DNA of 64,000 nucleotides from Candidatus Latescibacterota bacterium. GTDB lineage: Bacteria > Latescibacterota > UBA2968. Position 1 is the stretch's first letter; the number at the start of each line of letters is the position of its first letter. Made by a program: the position numbers and the translations under genes. The notes under the pieces were generated by a model. That model ran no database searches. It saw only the letters and a program-made list of their open reading frames with translations, and had not been told where the DNA came from. Where the stretch lies: NCBI GenBank assembly GCA_965198115.1, contig OZ240241.1, positions 2,368,001 through 2,432,000 of the forward strand. The letters run 5' to 3'. Shown in pieces: positions 41,797 through 50,135 of this stretch.

Positions 41797-44346
41797 GTGA
41801 GGACAGGAAGAATCATCGCCTTCGTGGGCAGTGTGGGGCTTGCGATTTCGCTGGTCGCCGGCGTGTCTTCGGCTGCGGTATCCGAGGCGGCCATTGTGCT
41901 GACGCGAGAAGCGCTTGCCGATTCGGGCGACACCCTCGCGTCGTTCGAAGCCGTGCTGTCGACCGATGTCGACCAGGCCCTGGCCGACGTCTGGAAATCG
42001 AGGAACCCGCCGATCTATCGATATTATTTCGGTCACCTCGCTGGCAGGCGGCTCTACACCGCATCGGACGCCTTCTACGACGGGCTGCGGAACGTCCCCC
42101 TTCTCTTTCAGGTTGGCGCGCCACCCGCTAACCCAGCCCATCTTGCCCAAGCCGACGCTTTTCTGCGAACCCTTCTCGTTCGGACGCCGGAAGATGCGGT
42201 TGCCCACAACGGGCTGGGCTACATAAGACTGGAGCGTGGCGACTACGAGGGTGCCGAAGCGGCGTTTACGGAAGCCCTCGCACGGGATCGACAACTCGTC
42301 GAAGCCAGAAACGGCCGAGCTCTCGCTTTCCTAGCCCGGCCTAACGGGGGGTCAGAAGGCGTCGAACGGCTCCGGCGGGCGTGGTCGGCCAACACCGACT
42401 ATGGCGACGCGCTCTACGGTCTGGCGGTTGGGCAGATCGTCATCGGGGGTCGCGATATCGGTACGGAGTTCGAGAAGCTGGTTGCTCGGTTTCCAGATCA
42501 TCGGGACGGCTGGTTCAAGCTCGGGGCTTTCCACGAAGCAGATTTCATGGTCGAGAAGGATGCCGACCTCGGAAGAGCGGCGGACGCCTACCGACGCCAG
42601 ACCGTGGTGAATCCCGATCATCCGAAGGCCTGGTTCCGGCTGGGACGAGCCCTGAATCGGTCGGGCCAAAGCGAGGAAGCCATCCAGACGCTTCAGCGAA
42701 TCACGGCCACTCAGCCGGATTACAGACACGCGTATCTCCCTCACTTTTTCGAGGCGTGTCTCAAACGGGGAAATGGGAAACGTGCCTGGTCCGCTGCCCA
42801 GGCGTTTGTAGCAGGTCTCGATCCGGACACCCGCTCCGCCTATGAGGACATCCGGACCATCTCGACCCCCGAAGAAACCAGCGACTTCACCGGTTTGGAC
42901 GGCGCGGTGCGCACCGATTACATCAGACGATTCTGGCAGAAACGAGACCCGACGCCGGTGACGGATGAAAACGAGCGTCGTGTCGAACATTATCGCCGGG
43001 TTCACGACGCGATGGAGTTCTACCCGTCGGCATCCGGGTCGTGGGATCGTCGAGGCGACCTCTACATCCGCTATGGGGATCCTGCCCACACAGGCCGGTG
43101 GAACAACATCCGAAGTGAGCGCACGACAAGTACGCTGTATGCCAAGGACCGTCTACTCCAGTCTCTTCCAAGGACGGCGCAACACGAGATCGCCGAGGCC
43201 AGCAGAGATGCGGCCCACGAAGCCAGCCTCGCGGGGTATCTTTCCGAGTCCGGACGACGCCCGTTCGATCCGAGCGGCGGCCGTGAGCAGATGCTGGACG
43301 TCGTCGAGGGGTTTCCTCTCTACCCCGTCCAGCGCGGTCGATTTTGGGAATACTGGCTCTATCCGGACATCGTGGAAGGTCTGGAGATCGTCTTCGTGGC
43401 GTCCGACCCGGACGGGCCGATGGACTACCCGCCTCCGCCCGAGGGCCGCGGCCGGGGGAACGACGCGGTGTGGGAGGCCCATCATCCAGCGAAGATTCTG
43501 GCCGAAACGATCGCGGTCGAGAGTGAGTCCTACAGCCTCGAGGGGCCGTCCATCGCGGTGACGCTTGACCACGCCGACTTTCGGGGAGCGGGACGCAAGG
43601 CGCGACTTGAAATCTACTTCGGGTACGCACATCGGAACCTGACGCCGGTTCGTGAAGACACGGGCTACGTCGTTCGCGGCATTGCGCTGTTCGACACGAC
43701 CTGGACCGCGAGATACCGGCGCACGGACACGCTGACGTTCGTGAAGCGGGGAGAGGTGGAGGAAATCGGGATCAGTGAGTTTCCCGTCAACCTGCCCGGC
43801 GGGAACTACATCGTGGGTGCTCAGTTCGCCGACCCGACGTCGATGGCCGTCGGGTCGGCGTATCTTGAGGTCGAGGTCGACAATTACCCGGCTGGTAGAT
43901 TCGGGTTGAGCGACATCGAAATAGCTTCGGTGATCAGAGAACCCGAAGCTGACGGGGGGCATCTCATCGTATTCCCGAATCCGACGCGGCAGTATACCCC
44001 AAAAAGCCCCGTCAAGATGCACTACCAGATTTACGGGCTGTCTGGAGGAACGAACGGGCGATGTCGCTATATCGCGGATGTTCGCATCGATCCACGCGGC
44101 GATGCGCGGCCCTTTGTCGCGCGCGTGCTTCGTTCAGCCGGCAAAGTCGTGCGAAAGACGAGAAACAACGACGGGATGTCCATCAGAACGGAGGCATCGA
44201 ACGACCGACCCGATCAGGAGGAATATATCGAGTTGGAAGCGTCGGGTCGATCCGGGGGGCACTACGACGTGACCGTATCCGTGACGGATCTTGTAACGAA
44301 CCGATCGATCGCGAAGCAATCGGCGTTCGAGATCGTGCGTCGATGA
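41797..44346 (+). CDS. TPR- and GWxTD-domain exported protein
   Basis: Signal peptide, TPRs (AHNGLG, AWFRLG), FWQKRDPTP..NE...EHYRR, WDRRGDLYIRYGDP. Confidence 0.88.
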   Translation: MRTGRIIAFVGSVGLAISLVAGVSSAAVSEAAIVLTREALADSGDTLASFEAVLSTDVDQALADVWKSRNPPIYRYYFGHLAGRRLYTASDAFYDGLRNVPLLFQVGAPPANPAHLAQADAFLRTLLVRTPEDAVAHNGLGYIRLERGDYEGAEAAFTEALARDRQLVEARNGRALAFLARPNGGSEGVERLRRAWSANTDYGDALYGLAVGQIVIGGRDIGTEFEKLVARFPDHRDGWFKLGAFHEADFMVEKDADLGRAADAYRRQTVVNPDHPKAWFRLGRALNRSGQSEEAIQTLQRITATQPDYRHAYLPHFFEACLKRGNGKRAWSAAQAFVAGLDPDTRSAYEDIRTISTPEETSDFTGLDGAVRTDYIRRFWQKRDPTPVTDENERRVEHYRRVHDAMEFYPSASGSWDRRGDLYIRYGDPAHTGRWNNIRSERTTSTLYAKDRLLQSLPRTAQHEIAEASRDAAHEASLAGYLSESGRRPFDPSGGREQMLDVVEGFPLYPVQRGRFWEYWLYPDIVEGLEIVFVASDPDGPMDYPPPPEGRGRGNDAVWEAHHPAKILAETIAVESESYSLEGPSIAVTLDHADFRGAGRKARLEIYFGYAHRNLTPVREDTGYVVRGIALFDTTWTARYRRTDTLTFVKRGEVEEIGISEFPVNLPGGNYIVGAQFADPTSMAVGSAYLEVEVDNYPAGRFGLSDIEIASVIREPEADGGHLIVFPNPTRQYTPKSPVKMHYQIYGLSGGTNGRCRYIADVRIDPRGDARPFVARVLRSAGKVVRKTRNNDGMSIRTEASNDRPDQEEYIELEASGRSGGHYDVTVSVTDLVTNRSIAKQSAFEIVRR

Positions 44347-44386
44347 TCGTGGGGCTCGTCAGAATCTTTTGCCGAGCGGAGACTTG

Positions 44387-45481
44387 CTACCGCACCGAAC
44401 TCAACGGCTCTGAAATTGCGGCGATCTTTTCCTCGTCCAGTTCCATCCCCAGCCCCGGGCCTTCGGGCAAGAGCACATACCCCTTCTCGTATTGAATCGG
44501 ATTCTTGACAACATCACTTTCATAGAGCTGTCCGCCCGTGCAATCACCTGGATAGTCGAGGTTTTCCGTGATACAACCGAACGTGGCCTGGGCCGCGACA
44601 CCGATTGACAGTTCCTGGGTGGTACCGACGAGGACGGATAGTCCAGCCGAGTCGGCGACCTGGGCCATGTGCAGTGCGTTGGTGATTCCGCCCGCACCAG
44701 AGAGGCTGATGTTGTAGATGTCGACATACTTGTGGTAGGCGAACTGGTAGGCCTGATTGAGCGAGGAGACGTGTTCACTGATCGGCAGATCGACGCGCTT
44801 TCGCACTTCGTACTGCCCATCGAGATCTTTCCGATCAGAGACGGATTCAAGCAGGATCGGGGTGTAGTATTGGGACAGAATCCCCACGGCGTGAACCACG
44901 TGTTTCCACTTGCGGGCGGCGCTGAAGTCGAGCGATTTCAGCTCGAACTTGTCGCCGTGGTTTGACTTCACGCCGTCCAGGAAGATCTCGTCCGCCTCGA
45001 CATTCCCACCGTGATACAGCCGGAACAGGTCCTGGCCCTCACCCATCCGGCGATCGACGCGCTTGATGTTCGCTTCGGCGTCTTCCCGTGAGTGATTGGG
45101 GAAGATGGGGTAACAGACGCGCATCTTGTCCGTGAGCTCCCCGCCAAACACGCCCGCCACCGACCGGCCCTGGATTTTGCCGATCAGGTCGAACAGGGCG
45201 ATCTCGAATCCTGTGCGAATGGCCCTGCCCATCGCGAAGCGACCACGCGCCGCTCTTGTGATGGGGTGCCAGTCGAGGGGATCCTTTCCGGCCAGTAGCG
45301 ATTCGTAGGCGCCCTTCACATCGGCCAGATCATACATGACACCCCAGTCGCCCACGTCGGACATCTCGCCCAGACCGACAAGCCCTTCGTCGGTGTTGAA
45401 TTGAACGACGACGTGACGGGAGACCTCTCCTGTTTCACGCCGGGTTGCGACAGGTGTCAGATCAACGCTGGTGATCTTCAT
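44387..45481 (-). CDS. Enolase superfamily (muconate cycloisomerase/mandelate racemase-like)
   Basis: TDEGLVGLGE, EIALFDLIGK, GGIT, PEGPGLGMELDE. Confidence 0.88.
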   Translation of the reverse strand: MKITSVDLTPVATRRETGEVSRHVVVQFNTDEGLVGLGEMSDVGDWGVMYDLADVKGAYESLLAGKDPLDWHPITRAARGRFAMGRAIRTGFEIALFDLIGKIQGRSVAGVFGGELTDKMRVCYPIFPNHSREDAEANIKRVDRRMGEGQDLFRLYHGGNVEADEIFLDGVKSNHGDKFELKSLDFSAARKWKHVVHAVGILSQYYTPILLESVSDRKDLDGQYEVRKRVDLPISEHVSSLNQAYQFAYHKYVDIYNISLSGAGGITNALHMAQVADSAGLSVLVGTTQELSIGVAAQATFGCITENLDYPGDCTGGQLYESDVVKNPIQYEKGYVLLPEGPGLGMELDEEKIAAISEPLSSVR

Positions 45482-45519
45482 GGGAATGCTCCTTGAAAGA
45501 CGAGTGGTGGTTCTGGGCT

Positions 45520-45570
45520 TCAGGCATCAGGTGGCTGATAGCTGCCCGGCACGCGTGAACGTGCTGCCCT
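45520..45570 (-). repeat. Orphan histidine kinase 3' end, copy 4 (short, internal deletion)
   Basis: aagggcagcacgttcacg-cgtgccgggcagctatcag.. = (K)GSTFT/VPGSYQPPDA*; abuts stop of upstream gene. Confidence 0.7.
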
Positions 45571-46716
45571 TCACATCTCATCAGCCGGGTGACGAATACG
45601 GCGATCGGGGAAGGGCTCGTAAGGGTAGCGGGCGAGTGCGTCTTCATCGAGCTCGATGCCCAGCCCCGGTCGTTCGGGGAGGGCGATGTGGCTGTCGACG
45701 ACCTCGAACGGCGTCGTCGCAATATCCTGGCCGAGGGGCTCGAGGTTCACGAAGTACTCGAGGATGATGAAGTTGGGCATGGAGGCCACGGTGTGCATGG
45801 TTGCGGCGAGTCCCACGGTCGTGCTGTTGTAGTTGTGGGGTGCGACGCCGACGTGATAGGCCTCTGCCATCGCGCCGATCTCTTTGAGCTCGAGGATACC
45901 GCCGCACGCGCCAATGTCCGGATTGATGATGTCGGCTACGTGCTTCTCAAATGCCAGTACGAACTCCTGCTTGAGGTATAGCTCTTCACCAGAGACGACT
46001 GGGATGTTGATCTGGCTGCGCGCTTCGGCCAGTCCATTCAGATCACGCGAGGAAACGGGCTCCTCATACCAGAACGGTCGATACGCTTCGATTCTCCGGG
46101 CCACGCGGACGGCGTGCATAGGTGCAAGGCGGCGATGCACTTCGACCAGAATCTCGACGTCGGGACCGACCGCTTCGCGGACAGCCTTAACACGTTCGAC
46201 GGCAATGTCCTCTTGCGCGCGGTCGATGTAGGCGCGGCGCGGACCGGGGAAAGGATCGAACTTGAGGCCGGTGAATCCGCGCGCGACCACTTCCTCTGCG
46301 CGGCGTGCCAGCGTGTCTATGTCTCCCCCACCCCCCCATCCGTTCGCGTAGACGCGAATCTTCTCTCGGCAGGCTCCTCCCAACAGATTGTGGACCGGCT
46401 GTCCCGCGGCCTTTCCGACGATGTCCCACAGGGCTATCTCGAGGCCGCTGATGGCGCAATACAGATCCATCGCGCCTCGCTTGTCCGCGAAGTCGGTGTA
46501 GGCCCAGAAGGTGAAATGCTTGATCTCGAAGGGAGAACGGCCACGTAGATATCGGGCGAGCTGATGAATGTGCGACTCGATGGTTTGGGCCCGATCGGCG
46601 TGCGTGTAGGCCTCACCCCAACCGTGGATGCCCTCGTCTGTCTCGATTTTGACGAAGCACAGGTTCTTGCCGCTCGGCGGACGGATCAGGAAGGTTTCGA
46701 TATCGGTGATTCTCAT
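45571..46716 (-). CDS. Galactonate dehydratase-like enolase superfamily enzyme
   Basis: KIETDEGIHGWGE, EIALWDIVGK, KFDPF, WYEEP, APHN, PGLGIE. Confidence 0.9.
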   Translation of the reverse strand: MRITDIETFLIRPPSGKNLCFVKIETDEGIHGWGEAYTHADRAQTIESHIHQLARYLRGRSPFEIKHFTFWAYTDFADKRGAMDLYCAISGLEIALWDIVGKAAGQPVHNLLGGACREKIRVYANGWGGGGDIDTLARRAEEVVARGFTGLKFDPFPGPRRAYIDRAQEDIAVERVKAVREAVGPDVEILVEVHRRLAPMHAVRVARRIEAYRPFWYEEPVSSRDLNGLAEARSQINIPVVSGEELYLKQEFVLAFEKHVADIINPDIGACGGILELKEIGAMAEAYHVGVAPHNYNSTTVGLAATMHTVASMPNFIILEYFVNLEPLGQDIATTPFEVVDSHIALPERPGLGIELDEDALARYPYEPFPDRRIRHPADEM

Positions 46717-46833
46717 TAGTGATCCTTTAGGACGGGAGAAGTAAGAATACATCCGCGTCGGCCGTGCCGGGGACTCTCGGCGGGGAGGAGGCGTCGGAGA
46801 ACGCGACCCGGTTGACTACAGCTTCTTGCGGTG

Positions 46834-48375
46834 CTATGACCGCCTCGGGGGTTTGCCGAGATTGCGCGACACGTAGTTGAAGATGACGGCTCGTCTCGGG
46901 GTGTCGTTCTTCCACGGGTAGGCGCCGTGGATCTGAGCGGATCCCATGAAGATGACGAGGTCGCCGGCTTTCATCTCGACGTGTCTGAGAAGTCCTCTCT
47001 CGTCCTCCAGAGAGCGCACGCGCTCGGGCACGGGGTGACTCGTTTTGTGCGAACCGGCAATGCCGAAAAAGCCGCCGTCGCCGGCATTCACATCGCGCAG
47101 CTGCCAGGCGACGTTGATGGTCTCGCAGTACGTCCTGCCATTCTGCAGCGCATAGATGCTTCGCGCCGACCCGGGGTAGCACCCGCTGTGCACGCCGTGC
47201 CCCGAGGTGCCCTTTTCGTAGACGATGGCACGCGCGGCGTCGACGACAAAGCCCGAGCCCGACATCCAGTTGAGACGCTGCACGAGAGCGGGGTTGGCGA
47301 TCATGCGGCGGAACGGTTCGGCGTGGGGATGCGGGAGGTCGAAGAGGCCGCTCAGCGATGACACGCCGGTGCCGGCGAGTCGCTTCGTATTGTGGCTTAC
47401 ATCACCTCCCTTGACGATGTTGTCAGTACCGGCGTCGATCGCTTCATTGGCGGCAGCGAGCCACGCTTCGTCCATGACGTTGCGCACGACGAGGTGGCCG
47501 TTGAGATCCCAGAAGTAGAACTCCTTTTCGTCAATCTGGCAATCGGGGTCGCGAATCGTGGTAGTGGGATGGTAGGTCCCCGGCTCCTCGTCCACCCACG
47601 TGCGCGTGCCGTCGGAGTGGACAATGGGTGCCGGATTCGGCCGGTCGACACCGAGGATGACGCGCTGCTCCGGCGTCATCTCATCCACCCAGTTTGGAGG
47701 GTCTCCATCCGCATCCTCGGCGGGAGCGTCATTCGACCGGCGCACGAGCCGGCTGATATAGCCGGTGCTGAGCAGCCGTTTCGCCCCTCCCCTCCAAGGA
47801 CGCATGCCCTGGAGCAAGGTGGCAACCGACAACAGCAGGTCACCCGCCTCGAGCGCCGGCTGCAGTGTCAGACCCATGTCGTCACTGCCGTCGAGGACAT
47901 CGGATGGCGTCTCGACGAGGCTCTTGTGCGAGCAGGGCACGAGGCTGAAGCCGCCATCTCCCTCGGCGACATCCCCGAGAGCCCAGATCGCGCGGACGCC
48001 GAGAGTGAAACGGGCGTCGTTACCGCAGTAGTAGGAACCGGACCAGTTGCGTGGCTCGCCGCCGCCGACCAGAGGCGCAGCTGGCGCCACCCGCTCGTCG
48101 AGCAGCCGTGGCGGTCGATCGAGTCGGCTGCCGTCGTAACAGAGCTGATCGAGGTATCCCGTCAGGATCGGGTGCTCGAGGAGCCTGACGAAGGGATCGC
48201 ACCAGGGTGACTCCCACTCCAGCATCCCCTCCCGTCTACCGACGCGATCGATGGCCTCATTGCAGGCGGTCACCTCCGGCTGCGTGAGGACCCCACGGAG
48301 GATGAGGTAACCGGCGACGTCGAGACAAAATTCATCTTCTGGTGAGATTTCAGGCTGGGAGTTTTCTGGAACCAA
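46834..48375 (-). CDS. Tandem two-domain PhyH-fold protein (second domain HSG)
   Basis: LDVAGYL and WDLNGHL domain starts; GGF..V/I..SHK twice; IHGAYPW..RR. Confidence 0.88.
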   Translation of the reverse strand: MVPENSQPEISPEDEFCLDVAGYLILRGVLTQPEVTACNEAIDRVGRREGMLEWESPWCDPFVRLLEHPILTGYLDQLCYDGSRLDRPPRLLDERVAPAAPLVGGGEPRNWSGSYYCGNDARFTLGVRAIWALGDVAEGDGGFSLVPCSHKSLVETPSDVLDGSDDMGLTLQPALEAGDLLLSVATLLQGMRPWRGGAKRLLSTGYISRLVRRSNDAPAEDADGDPPNWVDEMTPEQRVILGVDRPNPAPIVHSDGTRTWVDEEPGTYHPTTTIRDPDCQIDEKEFYFWDLNGHLVVRNVMDEAWLAAANEAIDAGTDNIVKGGDVSHNTKRLAGTGVSSLSGLFDLPHPHAEPFRRMIANPALVQRLNWMSGSGFVVDAARAIVYEKGTSGHGVHSGCYPGSARSIYALQNGRTYCETINVAWQLRDVNAGDGGFFGIAGSHKTSHPVPERVRSLEDERGLLRHVEMKAGDLVIFMGSAQIHGAYPWKNDTPRRAVIFNYVSRNLGKPPRRS

Positions 48376-48447
48376 TGCTCACCTTCCTCTGCATCCAAGC
48401 ATGGTGGTTTTCGGCTGCGTTGTCGGCCGTCAGGCGCTCGTCATTGG

Positions 48448-48516
48448 TCAGGCTTCAGGTGGGTGATAGCTTGTGCGGATTCGCACCGTAAACGCGCTGC
48501 CTTCCCGATCCGCTTC
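48448..48516 (-). repeat. Orphan histidine kinase 3' end, copy 3 (degenerate)
   Basis: EGSAFTVRIRTSYHPPEA*; begins about 7 nt after the STAS stop. Confidence 0.7.
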
Positions 48517-48522
48517 TATTTG

Positions 48523-48872
48523 TCAGGAATCGACCCCAAAGCTAGCCACGCCCGCATCGGCGTTGTCGAAAAACTGAAACACTTCCTCCAGATGCGTTAC
48601 CACGAAGACGTTCGTCAACCGCGTGTTCACCCCCGCCAATCGCAGGTCACCGCCCGCCTCTTTGGTCAGTTTCAACGCCGCCGTTAGAATGCCCAGCGTG
48701 CTACTGTCCAACCAGTTAACTCCATCCAGATCCAGAACCACTTTCGAGGTGCCATTTGTAATCAGTTTTCCGATCTCGTCGTTCTCAATTCCTCGCTATG
48801 GCTCGCATAGAGCGTGCTCTGCTCCGGCTTGACCACCGCTACTCCATCCTGAACATAAACCCGGGTGTTCAT
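48523..48872 (-). CDS. STAS-domain anti-sigma-factor antagonist (frameshift ~48785)
   Basis: MNTRVYVQDGVAVV.. then VVLDLDGVNWLDSSTLG; GAAGGAG RBS. Confidence 0.85.
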
Positions 48873-48999
48873 TTTGTTCTCCTTCGGTTTGTTGAGCAGG
48901 GGCCGACTTACGGGATACAAAGAATGGTTGCTTCGCGACTGAACACAAAACTCAAGTCAGGTTGTTATGTACAGGACCCTCCGACTCGAACCATCAGCA

Positions 49000-49070
49000 G
49001 GCCCCTGATACTAGACCGGCACCCGCACCGTAAATACTCCCCCTCCTCACCTCGCTCTTAATCCCCGAAC
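49000..49070 (-). repeat. Orphan histidine kinase 3' end, copy 2 (degenerate)
   Basis: KSEV..G/FTVRVPV*YQG; starts about 6 nt after the stop at 49076. Confidence 0.8.
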
Positions 49071-49075
49071 CACAT

Positions 49076-49675
49076 TTATAACGCGTCCTCTGCCCACTCG
49101 TGATCGGGCGGGATTGTCCACGTTTCCGACAGTGCCAGGCAGCAACTGGATCCCTCTTTACCGAACAGATCCCGGGGCAGAACCCGTCCGGGAACCGTTT
49201 CGCCATTGATCGTCATTTGGGCACGCCTGGCGGGGATCAACAGGCTGTAGACGCCGTGCGGCTGGTCCGGATTCTCGCCTGGCTGGTTGGCGACCTGGAC
49301 CGGTTCCATGAAGTCGTACCAGGATAGGGCAATGTGCTCATCCCTCGACACGACGTATTCCACCCAGGAAGTCAGCGTGTCGCCCTTTTTGGTGAATCTG
49401 GCCTCGATGATGGGAATGTCACCCGAGTAGGTATCCCGCATCGAAGCCTGGATGCCTTCCTGGAGCCAGCGCGCAAGGGCGAAGTTGTCGGAATAGATCC
49501 GAGGCTCGTTGTTGGACAAGACGCTCTTTGCGAAGAGGATGTGGCCCACTCCCCTGGAGGATGCCATGATCCGCCAGTGGCTGTTCTCGGCCGTCGGCTC
49601 CGCATCCTCGGACTCTCCGATACGCAGAAATGAGTTCTCGCCTGTGAGACGTATCTTGTTGGGGTCTGCTCCCAT
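49076..49675 (-). CDS. Hypothetical protein
   Basis: 199-aa ORF with AGGAGG RBS and natural composition; family not recognised. Confidence 0.75.
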   Translation of the reverse strand: MGADPNKIRLTGENSFLRIGESEDAEPTAENSHWRIMASSRGVGHILFAKSVLSNNEPRIYSDNFALARWLQEGIQASMRDTYSGDIPIIEARFTKKGDTLTSWVEYVVSRDEHIALSWYDFMEPVQVANQPGENPDQPHGVYSLLIPARRAQMTINGETVPGRVLPRDLFGKEGSSCCLALSETWTIPPDHEWAEDAL

Positions 49676-49719
49676 TTTCCTCCTCCTAGTCTGTCATTTC
49701 TGAGCGAGATGAGTGACGG

Positions 49720-49902
49720 TCACGATTTCGCCTGTCTCAGAATTCCCTCGTAAATCGCCTTCACGGCCTCAATGGTGCCTCTGAGTTGATCCAGCTCTTC
49801 CGTCACGTCTTCTCCACGACGGCTGCGATCCAACAAGGTCATCATTTCTCGAGCGTGGGTCTCGAGCTGAGTATGCAGGTTCTGTAGGGTGTCTTCTGTC
49901 AT
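49720..49902 (-). CDS. Small helical hypothetical protein
   Basis: 60 aa, GAAGGA RBS, amphipathic helices. Confidence 0.6.
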   Translation of the reverse strand: MTEDTLQNLHTQLETHAREMMTLLDRSRRGEDVTEELDQLRGTIEAVKAIYEGILRQAKS

Positions 49903-49914
49903 CGGTTCAGTCCT

Positions 49915-50005
49915 TCAAGTTTGCTCTTGATACTCCGTCGGTACCCGCACTGTGAACGTACTCCCCTTACCCACCTCGCTCTCCACACCGATGGTCCCAC
50001 CCAGG
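49915..50005 (-). repeat. Orphan histidine kinase 3' end, copy 1
   Basis: [29 protein letters not shown]. Confidence 0.92.
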
Positions 50006-50135
50006 AACCCTGAGGGGGAGAGGGGGCGCTGGGAGGAGAGCCCTCCTTCGCGGCTGACGCCGCTTCGGCGGACAGGAGGGGGAAAAAGCGGAAGCCCAAC
50101 GCGATTCTCTGGCGGTTCGTTTAGCCATACGCGAC

